Shown piece after piece: positions 55,050-64,000 of a DNA stretch of 64,000 nt (positions are counted from its first letter, which is position 1; the number at the start of each line of letters is the position of its first letter). The position numbers and the translations under genes are program-made. This DNA comes from an uncultured virus (IMG/VR IMGVR_UViG_3300032086_001957). Lineage: Duplodnaviria; Heunggongvirae; Uroviricota; Caudoviricetes. The notes beneath the pieces were generated by a model. It was not told where the DNA came from and did no database searches. It was given only the letters and a program-made list of their open reading frames with translations. The stretch lies in IMG/VR virus record IMGVR_UViG_3300032086_001957; one strand, given 5' to 3'.

Positions 55050-55588
55050 GACATTTCTTCTTTTCTTTTTAATGCCTGTTTTAGTTTTTTGTTTGCTTTT
55101 CTTTGTGCAAGTTCTAACTTTAATTTAGAAGCTAACATTGTAAAGTTTTTACCTTGCATATGATCGTACTCATGTTGAAATACTCTTGATGTTAGTCCTG
55201 TAAATTTACCAGTTTGTTCTTTACCTTCCATATCAAGATATGTAAACTCTATAAACTTTGGTCTTTTCAATGCTAAAAACAAAAATGGATATGTTAAACA
55301 ACCCTCTGTAAACATTTCTGTTTCTTCTGATTCAAATGTAATTTTAGGATTAATATACAATTCAAATTCATCAGTTCGTAAATTTGTATACATAACAAAT
55401 GCACGAATAGGTAAACCACATTGATTCGCACTCAAACCTATACCACGATAATTCTGCATAGTCTTTACTAAATTATCTTTTAACTCTTGTGGTGTTAGAT
55501 TATGTTTTTCTTTTAATTCTTCAATAGTAATCTCTGGTAGTTTAACACTCAAAGATGGACTTGAAGAATCTAACAACTTATATACCAT
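55046..55588 (-). CDS. def: Peptide deformylase
   Basis: GIGLSANQCG, EGCLT, FQHEYDH. Confidence 0.96.
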   Translation of the reverse strand: MVYKLLDSSSPSLSVKLPEITIEELKEKHNLTPQELKDNLVKTMQNYRGIGLSANQCGLPIRAFVMYTNLRTDEFELYINPKITFESEETEMFTEGCLTYPFLFLALKRPKFIEFTYLDMEGKEQTGKFTGLTSRVFQHEYDHMQGKNFTMLASKLKLELAQRKANKKLKQALKRKEEMS

Positions 55589-55601
55589 TATAACTCCTTC
55601 C

Positions 55602-56924
55602 TTATTTCATAAATTCTGCTAGTGGTGATATTACTTTTATTCTTGAATTTGCAATATCGTAATATTCCTTTTCTTTTTCAATTCCTATAAAATCAAAACT
55701 TTCATCTTTTGCGGCCATACCAGTTGAACCACTTCCCATGAATGGGTCTAATACTGTACCACCTTTTGGTGTTACCAGTCTGCAAAGATATTTCATTAAC
55801 TTTAATGGTTTCACAGTTGGGTGTGTGTTCTTTCTTTCGACAACTCTGTTTAGACCAATACCTTGTCCTTTATCATATCCATCACCTTTACTCTGGGCTC
55901 CATTACTCATACCCACCTTTTTAGTATCAAAGTTATCTAATCCTTGATTTCTTTCAGACTTTGATGCTTTTGCACAATAGAAATATCTTGATGCAGAACC
56001 CTCATCTCCATATGATGTTGCGTTTCCTCTTTTCAATGGTGGTATCACACCTTTACTTGACTCACCTACTTTTGCATTACCATTAGATACAAAACCTTTT
56101 GAGTTTGGAAATATATCTTGTACGACATCACTACCATCATGTATAACATTTGCAGGGAATCTACCTCTTGGGTCTGCATCTGCAAAATGATTATCTTCTT
56201 GTTTCATTCCAGAGTTTTTATTTGTCCAGACTCCATCTTCACTTCTTGATTTACGAACTACCTTTTTTCTTTTTACATTCTGTGTCTGACCAAAACTTAA
56301 TTTGTCAATTCCTGTATTTTCTTTTGATTGTTTTCCTTGGTCACGAAAATCTGGATTAGTATCTGGATATTTTGCATCACTATTTTCTGTTCTACAATCA
56401 TCAATATTAATACCACCAGTTCCATGTTTTAATACATTATTTACAACAGACTTTTCTGATATTGGTTTTCTTGCCATTACGATTGGTTCATGTGCAGGCT
56501 TGAGTGAAGTTCCCCAACCCTTTCCAATATTCATACTCTTTGGAAATCCACTTCCATACAACCACATAATCTGATCTCTGATTTCAAATCCAGCATCTTC
56601 TACTGCAACTGCCATTCTATGATAAGTTCTACTTCCAGAAAATGCAAGTAAATGACCACCAGGCTTCAATAGTTTAAAACAAAGTTCCCAAGTTTCTTTA
56701 CGAAATGCAATATCACCACCATCCCATTCTTTACCCATAAAACCAGTATTAACTCTAGTATAAAGTCCGTCTTTATCTGTACAAGGTGCAGAACCTTCTT
56801 TACCATATCTTTTTGTGATAGATGTTAAATGATATGGTGGGTCTGTTACAACTGAATCTACCTGAACACCATCATCAATAAGTTTTTCCATTTCTTTAAT
56901 GCAATCACCATTAAGTAACAACAT
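55602..56924 (-). CDS. N4/N6 DNA methyltransferase (beta class)
   Basis: GDC, VTDPPY, LKPGG, W.YGSGFPK, HPTVKP..LM, DPFMGSGST. Confidence 0.93.
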   Translation of the reverse strand: MLLLNGDCIKEMEKLIDDGVQVDSVVTDPPYHLTSITKRYGKEGSAPCTDKDGLYTRVNTGFMGKEWDGGDIAFRKETWELCFKLLKPGGHLLAFSGSRTYHRMAVAVEDAGFEIRDQIMWLYGSGFPKSMNIGKGWGTSLKPAHEPIVMARKPISEKSVVNNVLKHGTGGINIDDCRTENSDAKYPDTNPDFRDQGKQSKENTGIDKLSFGQTQNVKRKKVVRKSRSEDGVWTNKNSGMKQEDNHFADADPRGRFPANVIHDGSDVVQDIFPNSKGFVSNGNAKVGESSKGVIPPLKRGNATSYGDEGSASRYFYCAKASKSERNQGLDNFDTKKVGMSNGAQSKGDGYDKGQGIGLNRVVERKNTHPTVKPLKLMKYLCRLVTPKGGTVLDPFMGSGSTGMAAKDESFDFIGIEKEKEYYDIANSRIKVISPLAEFMK

Positions 56925-58626
56925 GACTAAAATTCCTTTCTTTCTTAAAATGAACAACACTTCTAAACTTATCATACAAAATATCTTGTTTGTGTGATAT
57001 AACAAATATATTTTCGTCTTGAAAAGTATTCAATATTTTTAAAAACTCATCTGTACCATTTGCATCTAATGAGCTATCAAATATCTCATCAAGTATTAAT
57101 AGATTTGTACTTACACTATTTTTCATCTTTGCAACAGCTCTCCAAGTGAATAATAATGCTAAATCTATTCTCATCTTTTCACCCTCTGAAAAGTTTGCAT
57201 ATGAAAATACATCTCTAAATCTTGACTTAATTGTTTCATTAAAATTTTCGTCAATGTTAAAGTTAACAAAAAAATCCATACTTGTCAAGTAAGTGTTTAT
57301 TAACTTATTCATAATAGGTAAATATTGTTTTACAATTTTTGTTTTAATACCAGAATCTTGTAATAAATTCTTTGCAACATCAATATAAAATTTATCTACA
57401 TTATATTTTTGTTTTAATTCTTCTAGTGTTTTTAATTCACCTTCAAGTGAACCTAACTTCTTTACATCTTCATCAGATATATCTTTATTACTATATTTTG
57501 TATTGTCTGATTCTAATTTACTATTAAACTTTTTCAATTCATTTAATGATGTTGTAAGTTTTGCAGTTTCTACTTTGATACCATCTAACTTTGTTTTACA
57601 TTTATTCCATGCAGATAGTTTACCTTTTTCAGTTTTTTCCATATCTGAAAGTTCTTCTAAAGCTTTATCTAATTCTTTTATCTTTGTATTGAAATCATTT
57701 ATCTTTTTCTGTTTAAATTCATCAGTAATGACTTGTTCACAGGTTGGACAATCATCATGATCTTTCCACCAATCAATCTGATTATCAAAATGTGATTTCT
57801 TGTTTTCTAATTTACCACTTGTTGAATTTATCTTTGTAACTTTCTTTGTACTTTCTTCATATGCAACAGAATCAATATTTTTATTTTCTTTATCATATTC
57901 TTCTTTGAAAGTATTTAATTCTTTTGTTTTACTATCAATAGTTTTATTGTTTTCTGATATCTGGTCATTGTTACTCTTAATAATTGATTCTTTGTTTTCA
58001 CTTAAATCTTTTATATACTTCTTATGTAAGTCTATTTCTTTTTGAGTGATAACCATTTTATTTTCTAATGCAGTTGTATTCTCTAGTAGTTCTTTTGCTT
58101 TTGTTTTGAGAATAACATTCATTAAAGAAAATATTTTTATATCTAAAATATCTTCAACAACTTCTCGTCTTACTTTTGATGACAATTGCATAAAAGGAAC
58201 AAATGTTGATGTTCCTAAAATAACAACTTGAGTAAATGAACGATAGTTTAATTTTAGAATATGTTGTTCTAATTGTTCTTGATAATCTTTTGCGGCCGCA
58301 TCTTGATTCATTAATGTGTCATCAACATAAACTTCAAACTTGTTTGGTTTTATACCACGAACAATTTTTACATACTTACCATTTGTTTCAAGTTCTATTT
58401 CAACTACAGTTCCTGATTCGTTTATTGAATTTACTAATTGTGATTTTGTGATTGTTCGATATGGTCTACCAAATAAACCAAAACATAGTGCATCAAGAAT
58501 GGTAGATTTACCTGCACCATTTTCACCTACAAATAATGTTGTAGGATTTCTATCAATCTGAATTTCTGTAAAGTTATTACCTGTACTTAACAGATTCTTA
58601 TATCTCACATATTTAAACTTTAACAT
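56911..58626 (-). CDS. gp46: Recombination nuclease ATPase gp46 (Rad50/SbcC-like)
   Basis: GENGAGKST, CPTC zinc hook, FSEGEKMRID, LDEIFDSSLD, VISH. Confidence 0.97.
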   Translation of the reverse strand: MLKFKYVRYKNLLSTGNNFTEIQIDRNPTTLFVGENGAGKSTILDALCFGLFGRPYRTITKSQLVNSINESGTVVEIELETNGKYVKIVRGIKPNKFEVYVDDTLMNQDAAAKDYQEQLEQHILKLNYRSFTQVVILGTSTFVPFMQLSSKVRREVVEDILDIKIFSLMNVILKTKAKELLENTTALENKMVITQKEIDLHKKYIKDLSENKESIIKSNNDQISENNKTIDSKTKELNTFKEEYDKENKNIDSVAYEESTKKVTKINSTSGKLENKKSHFDNQIDWWKDHDDCPTCEQVITDEFKQKKINDFNTKIKELDKALEELSDMEKTEKGKLSAWNKCKTKLDGIKVETAKLTTSLNELKKFNSKLESDNTKYSNKDISDEDVKKLGSLEGELKTLEELKQKYNVDKFYIDVAKNLLQDSGIKTKIVKQYLPIMNKLINTYLTSMDFFVNFNIDENFNETIKSRFRDVFSYANFSEGEKMRIDLALLFTWRAVAKMKNSVSTNLLILDEIFDSSLDANGTDEFLKILNTFQDENIFVISHKQDILYDKFRSVVHFKKERNFSHVVT

Positions 58627-59242
58627 TAGGCATTTCCCAACCATAATAAAGTACATTAAATGATATTGATACTCTTTCTAAATCGTCTTTATTTTTTTCT
58701 ACTGAATGAGGTATATATGAGGGAAATAATAATATTCTTCCTTCTACTGGTGAATAGTATACTCCATCTGCGTTTAATTCAGAACGATCATTTATTTTTC
58801 CATAAGAATTAATAAGAAAACTTTCATAAAAATTTCTTTCAAAACGAATTAAACCTGATTGTTCACTAGACTTCACATAATATACTCCTGAAAATGTTGT
58901 GCCAGGATGAATATGAGTTGAATTATAACAATCTTTATTATTAATATTAATCCAAGAATTTCCAATTTTTATATTTTTATGTTTTTCTTTATAGTTACAA
59001 TCAATTATAGCCTGATTAGCCATGTTCATTATAGCAAAAAATAAATCTTTTATTGGTTTTACACTTAAATATTTTTCTAAATCTATGTCACTAGATTGCC
59101 AACCACCATGGTTAGATTTATTTGCACCTTTAGGATCATTTTTTTGAATCTCTTTACACCAATCGTAAATTTCTTTATTGTTAATATCAAAGTCTGCACT
59201 CCATATTGGTGTAGGAAATATTCTATCTAAATGTACATTCAT
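58613..59242 (-). CDS. TIGR02466-like 2OG-Fe(II) oxygenase
   Basis: FPTPIW, SN.GGWQS, W.NIN, HIHP...SGVYY, FPSY..H.V, R.SISFN. Confidence 0.9.
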   Translation of the reverse strand: MNVHLDRIFPTPIWSADFDINNKEIYDWCKEIQKNDPKGANKSNHGGWQSSDIDLEKYLSVKPIKDLFFAIMNMANQAIIDCNYKEKHKNIKIGNSWININNKDCYNSTHIHPGTTFSGVYYVKSSEQSGLIRFERNFYESFLINSYGKINDRSELNADGVYYSPVEGRILLFPSYIPHSVEKNKDDLERVSISFNVLYYGWEMPNVKV

Positions 59243-60303
59243 AATTCTAAATCACTAGCTTCAACATATAAAGATTTCATCATACTTGTTAATCTTTTCT
59301 TATCAATATCAACATCAAGTTCTTCAATATACTTTTCTAATAAAGTTGTGGTATCTTCTGCATTTTCTACAATTTCATCAGATACATTTTCTGCACTTAA
59401 ATCAGAAAAATCTTCTACAATCTTTACTTCGTATGTTCCTGCTTTTGTTAAACAAGTGTCAATAAATCTATCAAACTTATACAAGTCTTTTTTATTTACA
59501 ACAATTACTTTTACATATTTTTCATTTAATTGTGTAAAATCAAATTTATCATAATCATTAGTTGTATCATCATAATAAACTTTATGGTATATTGTATATG
59601 GATTTTCTATTCTTGTCAAGTTTCTTGTTTCTGTATCGAAAACATGAAAACCTTTTGGGTCTTGATAATCAGCCCAAGTGATTTGATATGTTGTTCCAAG
59701 ATAAAAAATATGACCATCATCAGACTTCTTGTGAAAGTGACCAGAAAATACTGTATCAAACATTTGAAACATATCTCTAGGATAACCATTTTCAGAAAAT
59801 TGTCCTTTGTGCATTTCAAAACCATTTATTTCTAAATGACCAAAACAAACTTGTGCATTTGTTTCTTTCATTTGTTTAACAGTATTATTATAATTTTCTA
59901 CATTAATCCAAGGAATAAAAAATAAAGGCAAACCATCAAATTCAACAGTTTGACATTCTGAATATATTTTTATTTTATCTGATTTACCATTTACTAATTC
60001 ATCTAAAGAATTTACATCATTTGTATTTTTATAGAATGTATCATGATTACCAACTAACATATGTAAGTTGATATTTAAATCTATAAATCTTTGAATAAAC
60101 TTTTCTCTAAAGTCTTTTGCAATCTTATATGATACAAATTTTCTTCTATCCATAACATCACCAAGATGTATAACTGTATCAATGTTATTTTCTTGTATGT
60201 AAGGAAAAAATGTATTATCCCAAAACTTATAGAAATAAGAATTGAAATTATCATTATCATTTCTTGCACCGAAATGAGTGTCAGTAATTAAAGCTATCTT
60301 CAT
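59239..60303 (-). CDS. gp47: Recombination nuclease gp47 (Mre11/SbcD-like)
   Basis: TDTHFG, HLGD..D, GNHD, GHLE, SGHFH. Confidence 0.97.
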   Translation of the reverse strand: MKIALITDTHFGARNDNDNFNSYFYKFWDNTFFPYIQENNIDTVIHLGDVMDRRKFVSYKIAKDFREKFIQRFIDLNINLHMLVGNHDTFYKNTNDVNSLDELVNGKSDKIKIYSECQTVEFDGLPLFFIPWINVENYNNTVKQMKETNAQVCFGHLEINGFEMHKGQFSENGYPRDMFQMFDTVFSGHFHKKSDDGHIFYLGTTYQITWADYQDPKGFHVFDTETRNLTRIENPYTIYHKVYYDDTTNDYDKFDFTQLNEKYVKVIVVNKKDLYKFDRFIDTCLTKAGTYEVKIVEDFSDLSAENVSDEIVENAEDTTTLLEKYIEELDVDIDKKRLTSMMKSLYVEASDLEL

Positions 60304-61874
60304 ATTTTATCAACTAAACCTGAATGTGTAGGAAATGATATTTGTTGTATTTCATTATTATCAAGTTTTCTTAAAAAATTAAGATGTGATTCACTTTGCG
60401 TTTCGACTACTGATTTAAATAAATTTATTGTATCATCTATCGTGGGTGATAGATTTTCTGTACCTCTCATTATCATTTTATCAGTTTCTATCATACCCAA
60501 ACCATATGCAACTGATAACCAACCATGATTATTAAAATTTACACCCCAAACATTTTTATCAACCATAAAGTGTTGATAATCACCATACTTAATTGTGTCT
60601 ACCATATAGTTTACAAAATCACTAGATTTATAAGTTTCTCTAAATGATTTCCAAAATACACTATCTTTTCTTTTTCCTAGGTAATGAAAGTGAATAAAAT
60701 CTTTTACATGATCTGATGAATTAGACATTATCCTACTATACATTTCTCTAATGTAATTTACATTATCTTTCTCATACAATGCGTGTTTTAAATTATTCAA
60801 CTGCGATACTTGAGTTATAGTAAACATAATTGAAGTAGCCTCTAATGGTTCAACAAAACTAGAAGATAATCCTACTGCAATACAATTTTTATGCCAGAAC
60901 TTTTCTAGTCTACCACCAGTAAATTTTATATTCTTTTTAACTTCTACTTCACCATATCTTTCTTCAATTTCTTTTATTGCATCATCAGTTGTTGTAAAGT
61001 TATTATCAAAAATATATCCTCTACCAATTCTATGTCTTAAAGGTATTTCAAATACCCAACCATTTTTCATTGCAACTGAATTTGTATATGACATTATTTC
61101 GTCATCAGGATTTGTATCTTTAGGAAATATAATTGCTTCATTTACAGCTAAATCTTTATATACTTTCCAATTGATATTATATTTTTTGTTCATAATTAAT
61201 CTTGCAAAACCTGAACAGTCAAAAACAAAATCACATTCAATATCACCAAGTTCTTTAAGTTTCAAAGATTCAATATATCCATCTTCGTCTAAATTTGCAT
61301 CTAGGTACTCATCATCAATAATTTCTATATTTCTTTCAATACATAAGTTTTTAAAATATTCTGTTACTAAAAAATTATCAAAATGTAAAGCATAACTTAA
61401 ATTATTTAAACTAACTTTATTTTGTTCTGATAACATTGCACCTAAATGAGATTCATGAAAATTATAGTTTTTATGTATTCCATGTCTTACATAATCTGCA
61501 TAACAACTAGTAGGCATTACGCCTGGTATGTGAAACATTTCTACATATTCTTTTGATGGTGTAAATGGATGATAGTAATAAGTATTATCACCATTCCAGT
61601 TTTCAAACTTTATACCATTCTTTATAGTTGATTTTGTTTTAGAAATAAAATCTTTTAAATTTATTCCTAAAAAATATTGCATGAAATGAACAACTGGTGG
61701 AACAACAGCTTCACCTACACCTATAGTTCCTTTTTCTTCACTCTGAACCACTACAACATCAGTTCTTATATTAGTTGTCATTCTTTGTAAAAACAATGCA
61801 GTCATATATCCTGCATTACCACCACCTAAAACTACTATTTTTTTATTTTTCATTTTTCTTTTTTTCCTCATCAT
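60300..61874 (-). CDS. Tryptophan-halogenase-like flavoprotein (start may be 61853)
   Basis: GGGNAG, IGVGEA, K.GI.FENW, DCSGF, GWVFEIP, FVEPLEATSI. Confidence 0.9.
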   Translation of the reverse strand: MMRKKRKMKNKKIVVLGGGNAGYMTALFLQRMTTNIRTDVVVVQSEEKGTIGVGEAVVPPVVHFMQYFLGINLKDFISKTKSTIKNGIKFENWNGDNTYYYHPFTPSKEYVEMFHIPGVMPTSCYADYVRHGIHKNYNFHESHLGAMLSEQNKVSLNNLSYALHFDNFLVTEYFKNLCIERNIEIIDDEYLDANLDEDGYIESLKLKELGDIECDFVFDCSGFARLIMNKKYNINWKVYKDLAVNEAIIFPKDTNPDDEIMSYTNSVAMKNGWVFEIPLRHRIGRGYIFDNNFTTTDDAIKEIEERYGEVEVKKNIKFTGGRLEKFWHKNCIAVGLSSSFVEPLEATSIMFTITQVSQLNNLKHALYEKDNVNYIREMYSRIMSNSSDHVKDFIHFHYLGKRKDSVFWKSFRETYKSSDFVNYMVDTIKYGDYQHFMVDKNVWGVNFNNHGWLSVAYGLGMIETDKMIMRGTENLSPTIDDTINLFKSVVETQSESHLNFLRKLDNNEIQQISFPTHSGLVDKI

Positions 61875-62388
61875 AAAATTTTTCTAAACCTTTTGGTTCT
61901 ATCTTTTTCTTTTTAGGTTTATAGACATCTTCATCAGGTAGATAATTTTGTTGTAAGTATTCTATGAATTGAGTGTGAGCTCCAACATCATCTTCTTCAG
62001 TTAAAATATCTACATTGAGATTCTGAATCATTTTATGTTTGATGTGTTGTTGTTTTTTCTCTTTCTGTATTCTACGAACAAATGCATAATATATGATTTG
62101 TGTAAAATAAGCAAAAGGATTCTTTGATTTTTCAGGATTGAAATTACTTGCATATTGTAGACAATTTTCTATACCATCAGAAATCATCTCATCACGATAT
62201 GTGTAATTTATAAAGTTTGGTTTGTAAGATAAATGATTTGCAATTTTAAGAAAACATTCACCAATATAATTTGTTACTGGTGGTAAACCTTCATCTTCTT
62301 TTGCATTATTACACTTCTCTTTCCACTCTATCATAGCTTGTAGAAATTCTTTATTATCTACATAATGTTTTGTATCTTTAGTTGTCAT
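61843..62388 (-). CDS. gp55: Late sigma factor gp55
   Basis: HYVDNKEF, YIGECFLKIA, NF..YTYR.EMISDGIENC, NPFAYFTQI..YAF.RRIQKEKKQ. Confidence 0.97.
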   Translation of the reverse strand: MTTKDTKHYVDNKEFLQAMIEWKEKCNNAKEDEGLPPVTNYIGECFLKIANHLSYKPNFINYTYRDEMISDGIENCLQYASNFNPEKSKNPFAYFTQIIYYAFVRRIQKEKKQQHIKHKMIQNLNVDILTEEDDVGAHTQFIEYLQQNYLPDEDVYKPKKKKIEPKGLEKFYDEEKKKNEK

Positions 62389-62413
62389 TGTTCTTCCTCA
62401 CTTGCATTGTCAT

Positions 62414-62442
62414 ATTATATACTTTTATAATAAAAGTGTCAA
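62414..62442 (-). promoter_or_regulatory. Sigma70 promoter for the gp55 operon
   Basis: TTGACA-17-TATAAT. Confidence 0.75.
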
Positions 62443-62468
62443 GTAACTAAAAAAATATTTAAATTTAC

Positions 62469-62497
62469 TTGACACGACTTGACATTTATGATACTAT
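62469..62497 (+). promoter_or_regulatory. Divergent sigma70-like promoter facing antisense into upstream genes
   Basis: TTGACA-17-TACTAT with TG extension. Confidence 0.45.
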
Positions 62498-62520
62498 TCT
62501 GTGTCGGTTTTGATAAAGTA

Positions 62521-62949
62521 TTAGTGTAATAATTTACTTGGTGATAATAACGATCTAAACTTTTCTACGAGTTCATCTTCTATTTCATCAAGTTCTTTGT
62601 CAGTAGGTTCTTCAACATCTTCTAGGAAATCTTCATCTCTGTTTTTAAATTCAGTATTATATTTATTTAATTTATTTAAACAATATTCATAAAATTGAGA
62701 TAAACCCTTTTCAGGTTTTGTAATTACTAATATTTTACTAACATCTATTTTGAAAGATTCATCTTCACAGAAATGAATCCATTTAGAAAAAGAAATTCTT
62801 TCTTCAAGAATACCTCTTTTATCACTTGGAATACTAACTAATTTTAAAGGATTAATAATTTTTATATAATTTTTTTCTTCATTAGTTGTAATATCACAAA
62901 CGATTTCTTCACCACTTGTAAGTTTGAGTAGTCTATGTTTATCTATCAT
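62521..62949 (-). CDS. Conserved T4-like protein upstream of gp55 (Sm-like fold)
   Basis: LKLTSGEEIV, NPL, W..F, acidic tail ending LH. Confidence 0.65.
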   Translation of the reverse strand: MIDKHRLLKLTSGEEIVCDITTNEEKNYIKIINPLKLVSIPSDKRGILEERISFSKWIHFCEDESFKIDVSKILVITKPEKGLSQFYEYCLNKLNKYNTEFKNRDEDFLEDVEEPTDKELDEIEDELVEKFRSLLSPSKLLH

Positions 62950-63125
62950 TCATCAGCCTCTGCTATTGTTAATTCACCTGCTTCTACTTGACGCATGATT
63001 TCTCTATAAATCCAATTGTCATCTGATATTGAAACAAAAGTAGTTACACCATCTATATCTACTATTACTTTGTCATTTTCTCCTGTAACTTGATGAGCTT
63101 CATATCTTGCATTAGTAAAAATCAT
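62946..63125 (-). CDS. Small tail-fibre-associated protein (59 aa, not in ORF track)
   Basis: IDG...FV....DN..Y.EI..QVEAGELTIAEAD; AGGAG SD. Confidence 0.65.
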   Translation of the reverse strand: MIFTNARYEAHQVTGENDKVIVDIDGVTTFVSISDDNWIYREIMRQVEAGELTIAEADE

Positions 63126-63136
63126 TTTTAATTCTC

Positions 63137-64000
63137 CTATAATTCACAATCAACTGCATAATGAATAGCACCATAAGCACGATTATTTAGATTAAAACCA
63201 TTGTTCTGACCTTCTGTAGAAACACTAGTAAAAGTATATCTTGTATTACCAATATTGTAATTCCTGTTTGCCCCATTGTCATATACATACATTTGTCCTG
63301 ATGTGCCAGTATTTGGATTGTAAATTACAATAGAGGTTGGCGATCTTGTTCTTTTACGAACACCATAATGTGCTTGAATACGAGGATAATTTGTTCCACC
63401 TACTTCATCATAGTAAGCACCATTAAATGTGACTGTGCCAGGTGCTGTGTCATATTCATAACTCTTTTCATAATACCTTTGACACTTTCTTAATGTAGTT
63501 TCAAATGGTTCAAACTCGAATCCTGTTGCAACATCTCCTATTTCTAATTGACAACCTGTGAAACTAATATTTCCTTCGACACCTTGAAAAAAATTCGAGT
63601 CAGCAAGAGGTACATCAGTTGAAGTCGCATGATACATGACAGGAGAGATCACTATTGGAGAATAATCATACCAAGTATTTAACTGATAATGTGTAACTGA
63701 TGTGCCTGTTATTATTGAGAAGTATACACCTATACCTTGTCCGTTATCATTGTTAATAGTTTTATCTGTTTGGCCAGGAATAGTAATTATTTTTTTCTCC
63801 CATGTATCAGTTGCATTAATTTCCACAGTTGTAGCATAAAGGTATTGAGCATCAAAAAGTTGAAACCCAACAACTAATTTTTTAGCTTGTGACGATTTAA
63901 CCCAAAATGAAAATGTGAAAGGCTTAGCATCACTTGTTCCCCACATTAAGTGACAACAATTTTGTGCTTCTATTATGTGACGCATAACAAATTGTGTTAC
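63137..64000 (-). CDS. Tail-fibre-like protein, C-terminal part (runs off window)
   Basis: T.SFWVKS, TWEKK..TI.G, TG.QLE.G.VAT.FE, L..CQRYYEKSY. Confidence 0.75.
   Translation of the reverse strand, partial: VTQFVMRHIIEAQNCCHLMWGTSDAKPFTFSFWVKSSQAKKLVVGFQLFDAQYLYATTVEINATDTWEKKIITIPGQTDKTINNDNGQGIGVYFSIITGTSVTHYQLNTWYDYSPIVISPVMYHATSTDVPLADSNFFQGVEGNISFTGCQLEIGDVATGFEFEPFETTLRKCQRYYEKSYEYDTAPGTVTFNGAYYDEVGGTNYPRIQAHYGVRKRTRSPTSIVIYNPNTGTSGQMYVYDNGANRNYNIGNTRYTFTSVSTEGQNNGFNLNNRAYGAIHYAVDCEL

Noticed and set aside
56925..57005. Extended N-termini given by the ORF track for the MTase (also gp41, gp46 and 19493..19813)
   Set aside because: The extensions overlap upstream genes; downstream Met codons match the family starts or have SD sites
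361..61395. Many short opposite-strand or off-frame ORFs in the track (e.g. 4774..5094, 8941..9303, 33512..33880, 36350..36865)
   Set aside because: They lie within well-supported genes, show no recognisable motifs and read as shadow translations
1..64000. Stop-codon reassignment or selenocysteine readthrough
   Set aside because: Core genes are full length under the standard code and TAA, TAG and TGA all end genes at expected positions

Overview
About 64 kb of an AT-rich (roughly 30% GC, estimated by eye) T4-like myophage genome, probably aquatic, with AGGAG-type Shine-Dalgarno sites and no photosynthesis genes in this window. It contains: (i) a baseplate/tail and head-completion module (gp27-like hub, gp53, gp48, gp4, gp2, gp54, gp26/gp51, tape-measure-like); (ii) replication and transcription core genes (gp32, gp59, gp33, RNase H, gp61, gp41, UvsX, RegA, gp62/44/45, gp46/47, gp55) but no gp43 polymerase; (iii) nucleotide metabolism (ThyX, NrdA, Grx-NrdB fusion, MazG-like, HAD nucleotidase); (iv) auxiliary genes (PhoH, peroxiredoxin, bS21, Hsp20, peptide deformylase, three 2OG-Fe(II) oxygenases, flavin halogenase, two MTase-fold genes, a PLP enzyme); (v) a ~13 kb cluster of probable head-internal proteins with T4-type capsid-targeting N-termini, including nuclease-, ligase- and nucleotidyltransferase-like enzymes. 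Non-coding highlights: a tandem array of pseudoknot-like RNA modules (53232-53437), a ROSE-like thermometer on hsp20, a likely -1 frameshift fusing gp26 to gp51, a conserved box at fixed distance upstream of three sigma70 promoters, three composite sigma70/gp55 promoters, and three hairpins sharing a C(C/U)CAACU loop. All family calls come from motif recognition and synteny; no database searches were run.
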